The notes under the pieces were generated by a model. The model was not told the origin of the DNA. It saw nothing but the letters and a program-made list of their open reading frames with translations, and did no database searches. Below are positions 55,338 through 63,691 of a DNA stretch of 64,000 nucleotides, piece by piece. A program made the position numbers and the translations under genes. The DNA comes from a phage: the sequence record NC_104726.1. One strand, given 5' to 3'. Position 1 is the stretch's first letter. Each line of letters starts with the position of its first letter.

Positions 55338-55594
55338 TAACAAACTGGCCGTTTTAAAACTCTGCTAACCTTAGTATGAGGGGTCAGCTGATCGCTGGCT
55401 AACGGGGAACGCTAAGGCGAAAGCTATGCCAATCCCGTGACTAGCTTCACAAGGAGTGAGGCGGTTGTAACGACTAACCTTTTGGTGTAGGGATTATGGA
55501 AGATTCCGAAACGCAGGGGTCTGATTAAGAATCACACGGTGTGATTTCAGGCAAGAGATAGTCTGGCCTTGTGGAAACATAAGGGTGGGGACCG
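55338..55594 (+). mobile_element. group I intron in nrdD (no ORF)
   Basis: 257 nt with stops in all frames between exon 1 (...SVNG) and exon 2 (QTPFITL...); exon ends in U, intron ends in G; R-like GTTGTAACGACTAA and S-like AAGAGATAGTCTGG. Confidence 0.6.
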
Positions 55595-56857
55595 CAAACC
55601 CCTTTTATCACATTAAGTTTAGGACTGGATACCTCGGTCTTTGGTAGAATGATTACCAAAAATTACTTGAAAGTCCACAAAATGGGTCTTGGTGAAGAAC
55701 GGATCACACCTGTGTTCCCTAAAGTGCTGTTCTTCCTAGAAGAGGGTGTCAACATGAACCCTGAGGATCCTAACTATGATTTGAAACGATTAGCTCTGGA
55801 ATGCTGTGCAGAACGTATCTACCCTGACTTCGTATCTGTACCACTAAATAGAAAAGTGACAGGCTCGACAGATGGCAAAGTAACGAGCATGGGTTGCCGG
55901 AGTTTTCTTAGCAAATACAGTGACTTGGAAACAGGCGAGGAGAAATATCTTGGCAGATTTAACTTAGGCGTTGTTAGCCTTAACCTACCAATGATTGCGG
56001 CAAAAGCTAAGACGGAAGGTGTTGATTTCTTTGCAGTTCTTGACGAATACTTGGATCTTGCATACGAGGCTCACCTTGTAAGGGTTAACCGTCTAAAAGG
56101 AACAAAGGCAGGGCAGAACCCCATCATGTGGTGTGAAGGAGCTCTTGCTCGCCTGGATCCTGAAGAGAGTATTGATAAACTCTTCTATGACGGGTACGCT
56201 TCCATCAGCATTGGGTATATTGGTGTGTATGAAACCTGTCAGATTTTGGGTAGAGAGGGTGACAAGGCTTTAGCTCTTGGAATCCTTCAGCACATGAGAG
56301 ATGCTTGTGAGCGATACAAGAAGGAAAGTAGACTAGCGTTTAGCTTGTACGGCACTCCTTCTGAGAGTCTATGCTATAAAGCTGCAACCTGTCTGGATCG
56401 TGAATATCCGGAAGTGTTGAAGCACGAGCATGAATATCTCACCAACAGTTTCCATCAGCCAGTATGGATCAATAGCTCTCCTTTTGATAAGTGGGAGTAT
56501 GAGGAAGGTTTTGCTATGATCTCCTCCGGTGGCAACATCGGATACGTAGAGACACCTAACCTGAAAAACAACCTTGATGCTTTAGAGGCTCTTGTTGACT
56601 TCGGGTATAAACACATTATGTATTTTGGTATTAACCAACCTGTGGATAAATGTCTCAAGTGTGGTTTCTCTGGTGAGTTCAGTGCAACAGCTAAAGGGTT
56701 CTGCTGCCCTGCGTGCGGATGCCACGATGAACAATATATCTCAGTGATCCGAAGAGTGTCTGGATACCTTTCCAGTCCTAACTCCCGTCCTTACAATAAA
56801 GGTAAGCAAGCGGAAGTTATCGAGCGAGTTAAGCACTACGGAAGTTGTGGTTGCTGA
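55595..56857 (+). CDS. nrdD: anaerobic ribonucleotide reductase, exon 2
   Basis: QTPFITLSLGLDTS... colinear with T4 NrdD QTPFVTITFGTGTD; C-terminal zinc site CLKCGF...CPACGC and glycyl-radical motif RVSGYL. Confidence 0.75.
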   Translation, partial: QTPFITLSLGLDTSVFGRMITKNYLKVHKMGLGEERITPVFPKVLFFLEEGVNMNPEDPNYDLKRLALECCAERIYPDFVSVPLNRKVTGSTDGKVTSMGCRSFLSKYSDLETGEEKYLGRFNLGVVSLNLPMIAAKAKTEGVDFFAVLDEYLDLAYEAHLVRVNRLKGTKAGQNPIMWCEGALARLDPEESIDKLFYDGYASISIGYIGVYETCQILGREGDKALALGILQHMRDACERYKKESRLAFSLYGTPSESLCYKAATCLDREYPEVLKHEHEYLTNSFHQPVWINSSPFDKWEYEEGFAMISSGGNIGYVETPNLKNNLDALEALVDFGYKHIMYFGINQPVDKCLKCGFSGEFSATAKGFCCPACGCHDEQYISVIRRVSGYLSSPNSRPYNKGKQAEVIERVKHYGSCGC

Positions 56858-56923
56858 TACTTGACAAAAGCCACAAGGATGTGGCACCCTTAGTTCAAAG
56901 ACGAGAACTAAGAGGATTCAGCA

Positions 56924-58084
56924 GTGAGAAAACTTACAACCGAAGATTTTATAGAGGGGGCGAAAGCAGTTCATGGTGATAAATATGATTATTCCAAAGT
57001 CAAATATGTGGGTGCACACACCAAGGTTGTAATTATATGCCCTGAGCATGGAGAATTTAAGAAAACTCTTGGAGATCACCTCCGTAAAAAACAGGGTTGC
57101 CCAAAATGTCAGATTGAAGCAGAAAGAGCGGCTTCTGCTGAAAAATTTAAAGCGGAGGCCGAGGCTAAGTATAATTATAAATATGATTACTCTAAGGTAG
57201 AGTATGTAAATGCTAAAACTAAAGTTGTGATTGTTTGTCCTGTTCACGGCGAGTTTGAGCAAAAGCCTGATAACCATCTCCGCGAGGGGGGTTGCCGTAA
57301 GTGTGGAGGAACTGAGAGAAAGACTACTGAAGAGTGGATCGCTGAGGCAAAAGCGCTTCATGGCGATAAGTATGATTACTCTCTTGTAAATTATAAAACC
57401 GGTAATGATAAAGTGGAGATAATCTGTAATACATGTGGTGCTCACTTCCCACAAAGACCTCATGACCATGCACCAAGTGGAAAAGGTTGCCCCGAGTGCG
57501 GGAAGAAGAAGGTGGCCGAGGTTAGTAGGAAGACGCAGAGAAAGAAAGCATCTGAGGTAGCTAAAAGGTTTGAGGCAAGAGCCAGAGCTATCCATAAAGA
57601 TAAATACGATTATTCCGGGGTGGAATATGTTAATAGGGAGACAGAGGTCACTATCATCTGTCCGATTCACGGGGAGTTCACACAAAAACCGTTTGTCCAC
57701 ATCAACCAAAAAGCTGGCTGTCAAAAATGTGCTAAAGTCGGCTTCTTATCTCATGAACATGGTAGCCTTTATATCATGGTTGACGATCTGGAAGTACCAA
57801 CTATGATGAAAATTGGTGTGAGTGTCCGGGTAGATGAACGAAGAAAAGATGTGTTAAAAAGAGCTAAAAAAGCTGGTGCTAGATTCTCTGATCTACATGT
57901 TATAAAAACTTGGGAAGGAACAACAGACGACATGCAAACTTTAGAAAAAGCTATGCACCAAGCCTTGAGCCAATACAAAATCAACTTCACAGAGAAGTTT
58001 GATGGCTGTCGAGAGTTCTTCTACTACAGACCGGAGGTATTCGAGCTAGTAGAAGAACATTTGAAGAAATTTGCTAATAAATAA
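56924..58084 (+). CDS. homing-endonuclease-like protein: four zinc-ribbon repeats plus C-terminal T5orf172-type domain
   Basis: 386 aa, GTG start; repeats HGDKYDYSKVKYV...ICPEHGEF...GCPKC x4; C-terminal ...GCREFFY resembles T5orf172 domain. Confidence 0.55.
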   Translation: MRKLTTEDFIEGAKAVHGDKYDYSKVKYVGAHTKVVIICPEHGEFKKTLGDHLRKKQGCPKCQIEAERAASAEKFKAEAEAKYNYKYDYSKVEYVNAKTKVVIVCPVHGEFEQKPDNHLREGGCRKCGGTERKTTEEWIAEAKALHGDKYDYSLVNYKTGNDKVEIICNTCGAHFPQRPHDHAPSGKGCPECGKKKVAEVSRKTQRKKASEVAKRFEARARAIHKDKYDYSGVEYVNRETEVTIICPIHGEFTQKPFVHINQKAGCQKCAKVGFLSHEHGSLYIMVDDLEVPTMMKIGVSVRVDERRKDVLKRAKKAGARFSDLHVIKTWEGTTDDMQTLEKAMHQALSQYKINFTEKFDGCREFFYYRPEVFELVEEHLKKFANK

Positions 58085-58145
58085 TAACACACAAAGGGCC
58101 AGCTTTATTCTAGCCCTTCAGTCCGTTGTAAATTAAGGAGTTGTT

Positions 58146-58271
58146 ATGTCATCTGGTGGCTTTAAAGTAAAAATTTGTAAACACTGCGGTTGTAAGTGCA
58201 ATCTTCGTTGGTGCAAGGCACTGGACGATTTTATTTGGCATTGCCCTAAATGTGATGCGGAGTATCTATGA
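58146..58271 (+). CDS. small zinc-ribbon protein
   Basis: 41-aa ORF MSSGGFKVKICKHCGCKCNLRWCKALDDFIWHCPKCDAEYL, stop overlaps nrdG start (ATGA); below ORF-track size cutoff. Confidence 0.35.
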   Translation: MSSGGFKVKICKHCGCKCNLRWCKALDDFIWHCPKCDAEYL

Positions 58272-58741
58272 ATATTGCCGGATACACAGAAATATCTTAC
58301 ACCGAAGGGCCAGGTATTAGAACTGCCTTATGGGTATCTGGGTGCCCACACGCTTGCCCTGGTTGCTTTAATCAGGCATTTTGGTCAAAAGATAAGGGGA
58401 GAGAGTTTACTGAAGAAGACTTGCAAAAAATCTTGTCAGATTTAGATAACCCGTCTGTGTGCGGTATCTCTCTGCTGGGTGGAGAACCCTTAGCATACTA
58501 TAATGAGCCAGATATTATTAGCCTGATGGAGAAAATTAAGGAAAAATTTGGTGACAAGAAAACTATTCTTGTATATACTGGGTTCACATTTGACCATATC
58601 TCTAGTAATGTTCTTAAACTGGCTGATATCATCATTGACGGTAAGTATGTAAAAGATTTACCAACCAAGAAACCGTTCCGAGGTAGCGATAACCAAAGAA
58701 TGTTTAAAAAAGTAGCAGGCGGTTGGGTCCAGGTAGACTAG
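58268..58741 (+). CDS. nrdG: anaerobic ribonucleotide reductase activating protein (radical SAM)
   Basis: 157 aa; CPHACPGC radical-SAM cysteine motif. Confidence 0.75.
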   Translation: MNIAGYTEISYTEGPGIRTALWVSGCPHACPGCFNQAFWSKDKGREFTEEDLQKILSDLDNPSVCGISLLGGEPLAYYNEPDIISLMEKIKEKFGDKKTILVYTGFTFDHISSNVLKLADIIIDGKYVKDLPTKKPFRGSDNQRMFKKVAGGWVQVD

Positions 58742-58744
58742 TTG

Positions 58745-58774
58745 TTGACAAAGCTTTGTTTAGATAGGTATAAT
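58745..58774 (+). promoter_or_regulatory. early promoter (TTGACAAA ... TATAAT family)
   Basis: TTGACA-18 nt-TATAAT, followed by AGGAGG RBS of small ORF. Confidence 0.55.
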
Positions 58775-58805
58775 TATCGTAAAATGAAAGCAGAGGAGGT
58801 GCCAA

Positions 58806-58919
58806 ATGGCTAAAAAAGCCTTGAAGAAGGCGTACAAGAAAGAGATTGCGCTTGAGCTTAAGAAAAAACACAAGCGTGAAAAGAAACATCATGAAGATGA
58901 AGAGGGGGTGCAACAGTGA
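58806..58919 (+). CDS. small basic protein
   Basis: 37-aa ORF MAKKALKKAYKKEIALELKKKHKREKKHHEDEEGVQQ with strong RBS; stop overlaps next start. Confidence 0.35.
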   Translation: MAKKALKKAYKKEIALELKKKHKREKKHHEDEEGVQQ

Positions 58920-59266
58920 CACAAGAACGTATCGATTTGGCTAATAAGTTTGTAGATCTCATTTTGCCACGGTTAGTTACTCAACATGCAGATGCTATTT
59001 CTACTAATCTTGATGGCTTACGTCTAATGCTGAATCGCACAGATGACCCTCGTATTCGGGCTGATTTAGAAGCCTCTGCCAACAAACTGGAAAAGTTCTT
59101 GCAAGTAGGTACGCAAGAAGCCTTACACAAGATTATGGTGGAAGGTTTCTCTAAAGAATTTACCATTAAAGAGCTTAAGGAGCTGATCCACCAAGAAGAG
59201 ATGAATATCCGAGTTCAGGCTGTTGCAAGCAGCATGGAAGCGGCTATTGAAAAACTGTTGCAGTAA
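58916..59266 (+). CDS. hypothetical protein
   Basis: 116-aa helical ORF, GTG start. Confidence 0.35.
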   Translation: MTQERIDLANKFVDLILPRLVTQHADAISTNLDGLRLMLNRTDDPRIRADLEASANKLEKFLQVGTQEALHKIMVEGFSKEFTIKELKELIHQEEMNIRVQAVASSMEAAIEKLLQ

Positions 59267-59304
59267 AAGTTCCAGACACATCTCAATCTGAAAGGAGTCC
59301 CAAC

Positions 59305-60099
59305 ATGGGTCGAGCTAAAGAAACAAAACGCATGCGTGATGAAGCTAAAGAGGCTCGCAAATCTGATCGCCTGCGTAAAGCTGCTGAGAAATTTGCTGAA
59401 GAACGAGAGCACACAGCTCCAGCTCTCCGACCGATGAATAAAAAACAAGAGTATTATCTCCACCTTCTTAAAACTAAACAGTTAGTGATCGCAACAGGGC
59501 TGTTTGGCACAGGCAAGTCGTTTATGGCTGCAGCTTATGCTGCAGACCTGCTTCGTAAGAACGAGATTGATAGAATTATTGTTTGCCGCCCAAATGTTGA
59601 ATGTGGAAGCCATGGCACGGGGTTCAAACCTGGAGGTGTATTACAGAAAAACGAACCTTTCTTAAAATCAATTTTAGAAACTCTCAAAAAACGACTCGGA
59701 CCTGGTGCTTATAGTACGTTATTGGGAGACGGTCAGACTGGGCGCATCGAGGTGCAAGAGGTTGCAACAATCCGAGGTCGAGATTTCTCTGATCGTTGCA
59801 TCATCCTAGTTGATGAGTTTCAGTTGACAACCTGTGCAGAGGCTTTGGCAATTGCCACACGGCTTGGTGAGCATGCACAAATGATTTGCATGGGAGACTT
59901 ACGACAGAACGATCTCAAAGGCACCTCAGGACTTCAGTGGCTGATCGACTTTGTAACGAGGCACGAAATCAACGGTGTTGGTATCGTAGATTTTGACGAG
60001 CCAGAAGATGTGGTTCGCTCAGGTATTGGTAGACTGTTTGCACTAGGCCTTATGACTGACCGTAATAAAGGTGTGTGGACCCCTGAGGCAGGTTTATAA
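59305..60099 (+). CDS. phoH: PhoH-like ATPase
   Basis: 264 aa; Walker A GLFGTGKSF; Walker B ILVDEFQ. Confidence 0.7.
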   Translation: MGRAKETKRMRDEAKEARKSDRLRKAAEKFAEEREHTAPALRPMNKKQEYYLHLLKTKQLVIATGLFGTGKSFMAAAYAADLLRKNEIDRIIVCRPNVECGSHGTGFKPGGVLQKNEPFLKSILETLKKRLGPGAYSTLLGDGQTGRIEVQEVATIRGRDFSDRCIILVDEFQLTTCAEALAIATRLGEHAQMICMGDLRQNDLKGTSGLQWLIDFVTRHEINGVGIVDFDEPEDVVRSGIGRLFALGLMTDRNKGVWTPEAGL

Positions 60100-60111
60100 T
60101 ATATATAGGAG

Positions 60112-60135
60112 AGAGGGTGATATTATTCACCCTCT
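60112..60135 (+). terminator. hairpin after phoH
   Basis: perfect inverted repeat AGAGGGTGA-TATTAT-TCACCCTCT. Confidence 0.35.
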
Positions 60136-60142
60136 ATTTAAG

Positions 60143-61072
60143 ATGCGTTTAGGAGAACAGTTATCACGAGAAGAAGTGTTTATCAAGAAAGCTACTGATA
60201 AGCATGGTGACAAGTATGATTACTCCAAAGTTGTATACAAAAACAACACAACACCTGTGAATATAGTGTGCAACAAGTGTGGTACAGTTTTTAGTAAAAC
60301 TCCTAAGTCTCACCTTATAGGCGCAGGATGCCCAGATTGTAAGAACAGGGAGTTAAGTGAGAGATTCCGAATGTCTAAGGAGGAGTTTGTAAAAAGGGCA
60401 ACAGAACTGCACAAGGGGAAGTATGACTACTCTCTTGTAAAAAGTTTTTCTAACAGGAACGACACTGTTACTATTATTTGCCCCATCCACGGAGAGTTCA
60501 AGCAGACAGTTGCAAATCATTTAGCTGGTGGGTGCTACAAGTGTGGAAAAAGAGCGACAGCTAAAAAGATGAGGAAGTCTAAAGATAGATTCATAGAGGA
60601 TGCTACTCAACTACACGGAGACATATATGACTATTCAGAAGTGAAGTATGTGAATACCCACACTCCTGTAACCATTATCTGCAAGTCTTGCGGGTGTAAG
60701 TTTCTTCAACAGCCTGCAAACCACCTGTGCGGTAACGGTTGCCCAGAATGCTCTACTTCAGGATTCAGGCAGAGTACTAAAGAGAGCTGTCTGTACCTTC
60801 TTGTTGATGATCTTACCATTCCCACGGTTATAAAAGTTGGGGTGACTATCAATCTACAGAGCAGACTATACAACATAAGAAGGAACACAAATTTTCCTGT
60901 TCACGTGCTTAAAGTATTTACTTTCGAGCAGGGGTGTGCTACCATGCAGATTGAAAAATTGGTGCATAAAGTCTTTGCAGATCGCAACTGCCACTTCGAA
61001 GGTTTCGACGGGGCAACGGAGTGGTTCTGGTACTCTCATGATATTGTAGAGTTTCTAGAAGACAATTGTTGA
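60143..61072 (+). CDS. homing-endonuclease-like protein, paralog: three zinc-ribbon repeats plus T5orf172-type domain
   Basis: ORF 60071..61072 trimmed to Met at 60143 (after hairpin); repeats HGDKYDYSKVVYK...CNKCG...GCPDCK x3; C-terminal ...GATEWFWY. Confidence 0.55.
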   Translation: MRLGEQLSREEVFIKKATDKHGDKYDYSKVVYKNNTTPVNIVCNKCGTVFSKTPKSHLIGAGCPDCKNRELSERFRMSKEEFVKRATELHKGKYDYSLVKSFSNRNDTVTIICPIHGEFKQTVANHLAGGCYKCGKRATAKKMRKSKDRFIEDATQLHGDIYDYSEVKYVNTHTPVTIICKSCGCKFLQQPANHLCGNGCPECSTSGFRQSTKESCLYLLVDDLTIPTVIKVGVTINLQSRLYNIRRNTNFPVHVLKVFTFEQGCATMQIEKLVHKVFADRNCHFEGFDGATEWFWYSHDIVEFLEDNC

Positions 61073-61097
61073 CAAACAGATAAGCTTTAGGTATTAT
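61069..61097 (+). promoter_or_regulatory. early promoter (TTGACAAA ... TATTATCGG family)
   Basis: TTGACA-17 nt-TATTAT; near-identical architecture to promoters at 58745 and 41892. Confidence 0.55.
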
Positions 61098-61127
61098 TAT
61101 CGGACAAAACAAGGAGAAGGAGATAGT

Positions 61128-61439
61128 ATGGCTACAATACAAGAGAGACTGAATAAAATATACTGCCTGTTTGTCTATAACGGCGAGACAATTTTGGCAA
61201 ATAAAGGATCCAAGAATGTGTGGATCAAGGACAGTGGTGGTAATATAATCAACTTAGCGTTGCTACGTGAGCGCCGACACAGATTCTTTATCGAGTCTCG
61301 GATTATTGAAAGCAGCACCTGCTACAGAACAGGCGATAAAGTAATTGTTGACAATGATACGTGGTATGTGGTAGACTGGCAATCATTGAGCTGTGATGCT
61401 TCTGACAATCGTAAGTATTCCCTAGTGATTGCTAAATAA
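61128..61439 (+). CDS. hypothetical protein
   Basis: 103-aa ORF with GGAGAAGGAG RBS. Confidence 0.4.
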   Translation: MATIQERLNKIYCLFVYNGETILANKGSKNVWIKDSGGNIINLALLRERRHRFFIESRIIESSTCYRTGDKVIVDNDTWYVVDWQSLSCDASDNRKYSLVIAK

Positions 61440-61499
61440 AGGTAAATGTGAATCAGTTTTAAATAAATAGCTTTCAACTTCCAATATTAAGGATTTCTC

Positions 61500-62549
61500 A
61501 TGAATTTAACACCTCGCAGCACCATGGTACACGGCATGAAAGAAAAACAGAACGGTTTCGAACCTATGAGTAATAAAATGTTTGGTATGCCGGGTGGTAT
61601 TATGGAAACATACAGCTACCCAACACCTGTTGTTGACCACGTTCTTTATATCGACGATTTGGAAGACTTACAAGATCATATGTCTCGTCTGCAGACGATC
61701 CGTATGGCTCAGCCAGAAGAAAGTATCCGTGTAATCATTAACAGTCCTGGTGGTTGCGTTCACATTGCTATGGCGTATTTGCAGGCATTCCGCGAGTCTC
61801 AGGCAAGCGTTGTTGCACATGCTGAAGGGATGTGCTGCTCTGCTGGAACAATCTTATGGCTTGGTTGTAAAGAACGTACTGTGGCTCCGGACACAGAGTT
61901 TATGTTCCACTACTATCAAGGTGGCACTTATGGTAACGGTGTGAACATGAATACTCAGGTCAGCTACTGGAAAAAACGTTTTGAACGCCTGATCGAAAAA
62001 TACTACGGTGGGGTGCTGACAGAAGATGAGATCGCATCCATCACAGCTGGTGGCGAAGTGTGGTTGGACGGAGAAGAGCTGGCAGCACGCACTGGAGCTA
62101 TTATTCTGGATGAAGGCAACATACAACGCATCCAGAACGGACAAAAACCGAAAAAGCTTCTGGCAAAAGGTGATGAAGAAGGCGTGTTAGGTGAAGCAGG
62201 TCTTCCGGAGATTCACCAGTGCACATCTTTAGATGAGTTAGTTCATGCTGTTGAATCTGCAAAAGCGGGTGGTTCGAAAGGTGATGTTCACACTGTGTTC
62301 CTGAATCTGCAGATGGAGAGTGGCGAGACCGTCAGAATTGCCCTGGGTGAGATTACTTCAGAAGATCTGCAGAGATTCTCTGTCGTTGAACTTCAGGATA
62401 TTCTGTCTCAATTGAAGACTACTCTGAACGGCGGTGAAGAGGTTAAGGTGAAAGATAAGACTCGCAAGCGTCTGGTGGACAATATTATTAAAACAGCAAA
62501 AGAGCTCAATGAAAAAATCCTGGGTGCAGGAATTGTCGAAGAAGCTTAA
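61500..62549 (+). CDS. ClpP-like serine protease with C-terminal helical extension
   Basis: 349 aa; VIINSPGG, GMCCSAGT (Ser), FMFHYYQGG (His); ~150-aa charged helical C-terminal region. Confidence 0.6.
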   Translation: MNLTPRSTMVHGMKEKQNGFEPMSNKMFGMPGGIMETYSYPTPVVDHVLYIDDLEDLQDHMSRLQTIRMAQPEESIRVIINSPGGCVHIAMAYLQAFRESQASVVAHAEGMCCSAGTILWLGCKERTVAPDTEFMFHYYQGGTYGNGVNMNTQVSYWKKRFERLIEKYYGGVLTEDEIASITAGGEVWLDGEELAARTGAIILDEGNIQRIQNGQKPKKLLAKGDEEGVLGEAGLPEIHQCTSLDELVHAVESAKAGGSKGDVHTVFLNLQMESGETVRIALGEITSEDLQRFSVVELQDILSQLKTTLNGGEEVKVKDKTRKRLVDNIIKTAKELNEKILGAGIVEEA

Positions 62550-62562
62550 ACATTAATTCTAA

Positions 62563-62586
62563 AGCCCTCTTCGGAGGGCTTTTATG
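62563..62586 (+). terminator. rho-independent terminator after ClpP-like gene
   Basis: hairpin AGCCCTC-TTCG-GAGGGCT followed by TTTTA. Confidence 0.6.
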
Positions 62587-62600
62587 ATCTGGAGATTTGC

Positions 62601-63134
62601 ATGACTTGTGCTAGAAAACCTGATGAACAACGTAACGCCTACGATGAGTATGTGACACCGGAGTGGTGTGCAGAAGGGCTGTATGACCTTATTCCGTTCC
62701 CAGAAGACTGGACCTACTTAGAGCCTTGCAGGAATAGTGCCTCAGGTGTGTTCTACTCCCGTATGCCGTTAGGATCTGCATGGGGAGAAATACAAGAAGG
62801 TGTTGACTATCTGAATACAGAATACAACCATGTTGACTGTATTATCACCAACCCACCATACAGCCTGGCTCGTGAGTTTGTAGACAAGGCGTTGAAAGAT
62901 GCTGACGTAGTTATTATGCTTTTGCGTCTTAATTTTCTGGAAAGCAAAGCCAGATTTGAATGGTGGCTTGATAATGCACCTACTACTGTGATCACAATAT
63001 CTAAGCGTCCATCATTTCAATCAAACGGCAGAACTGACGGGCAAGCATATGCATATTTTGTGTGGGATAAGAAAAACCGTTTAGACTTGCCGCCGTTTAT
63101 GTGGTTGGCACCCCCAGAGGTAGACCTGAAATGA
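62601..63134 (+). CDS. phage-type N6-adenine DNA methyltransferase (NPPY motif)
   Basis: 177 aa; IITNPPY catalytic motif; small single-domain enzyme. Confidence 0.6.
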   Translation: MTCARKPDEQRNAYDEYVTPEWCAEGLYDLIPFPEDWTYLEPCRNSASGVFYSRMPLGSAWGEIQEGVDYLNTEYNHVDCIITNPPYSLAREFVDKALKDADVVIMLLRLNFLESKARFEWWLDNAPTTVITISKRPSFQSNGRTDGQAYAYFVWDKKNRLDLPPFMWLAPPEVDLK

Positions 63135-63415
63135 AAATGAGTGCTAAGGACAAATTACACCATCTAGCGCTAAAACGCCCTGTAACGCTCCCTGACGAGC
63201 TTAACTCCATTTATGATGCGATTGTAGGGGAGATACAAAATAAAGCGTTAGCAGGCTTTCTGGGGTGCGGATTTTCGATAAATCTACCCTCGCATCTCTC
63301 AGATTACTTCCCGCACATTGTTGGAGATTTAAGGGCAGGAGGTCTGCAGGTAGATGTTGTTGGGATCTCCCCAGAGAAAAATAATACGGTTGCCTACTTG
63401 ACAGTAACCTGGTAG
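63131..63415 (+). CDS. hypothetical protein
   Basis: ORF 63101..63415 trimmed to Met at 63131. Confidence 0.3.
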   Translation: MKMSAKDKLHHLALKRPVTLPDELNSIYDAIVGEIQNKALAGFLGCGFSINLPSHLSDYFPHIVGDLRAGGLQVDVVGISPEKNNTVAYLTVTW

Positions 63416-63451
63416 TTGTGTATTGTTGTTTTCAACAAGAGGGGGTCATTT

Positions 63452-63691
63452 ATGTACAAGTCATTTTCAATCTACTCAAGACAGGCGAAACACTACACAG
63501 AGATCCTGATCACTCAGAAAAAATCTGTGGAAGGTGAGTGGGAATATCACCATAAAATGTTGCGTCCAGACTGGGTTTTTGATAGACTTATTGCTATGAT
63601 CCCTCTCGGAGAAGTATACCCTCTGACAGCCCATCGCGATGCTTGGGATTTAATTGATTACATAGATTCATTTAAGGAGCCTAGATTATGA
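63452..63691 (+). CDS. hypothetical protein
   Basis: ORF 63416..63691 trimmed to Met at 63452 (AGAGGGGG RBS). Confidence 0.3.
   Translation: MYKSFSIYSRQAKHYTEILITQKKSVEGEWEYHHKMLRPDWVFDRLIAMIPLGEVYPLTAHRDAWDLIDYIDSFKEPRL

Noticed and set aside
56861-56889. TTGACA at 56861 as a promoter for the homing-endonuclease-like gene
   Set aside because: No acceptable -10 hexamer at 16-19-nt spacing; downstream sequence is instead a hairpin (GCCACA-AGGA-TGTGGC), more likely a transcript-end or regulatory structure
56918-57724. 268-aa minus-strand ORF opposite the first homing-endonuclease-like gene
   Set aside because: Antisense shadow of a repeat-rich coding region; Leu/Phe/Ser-rich low-complexity product with no motifs
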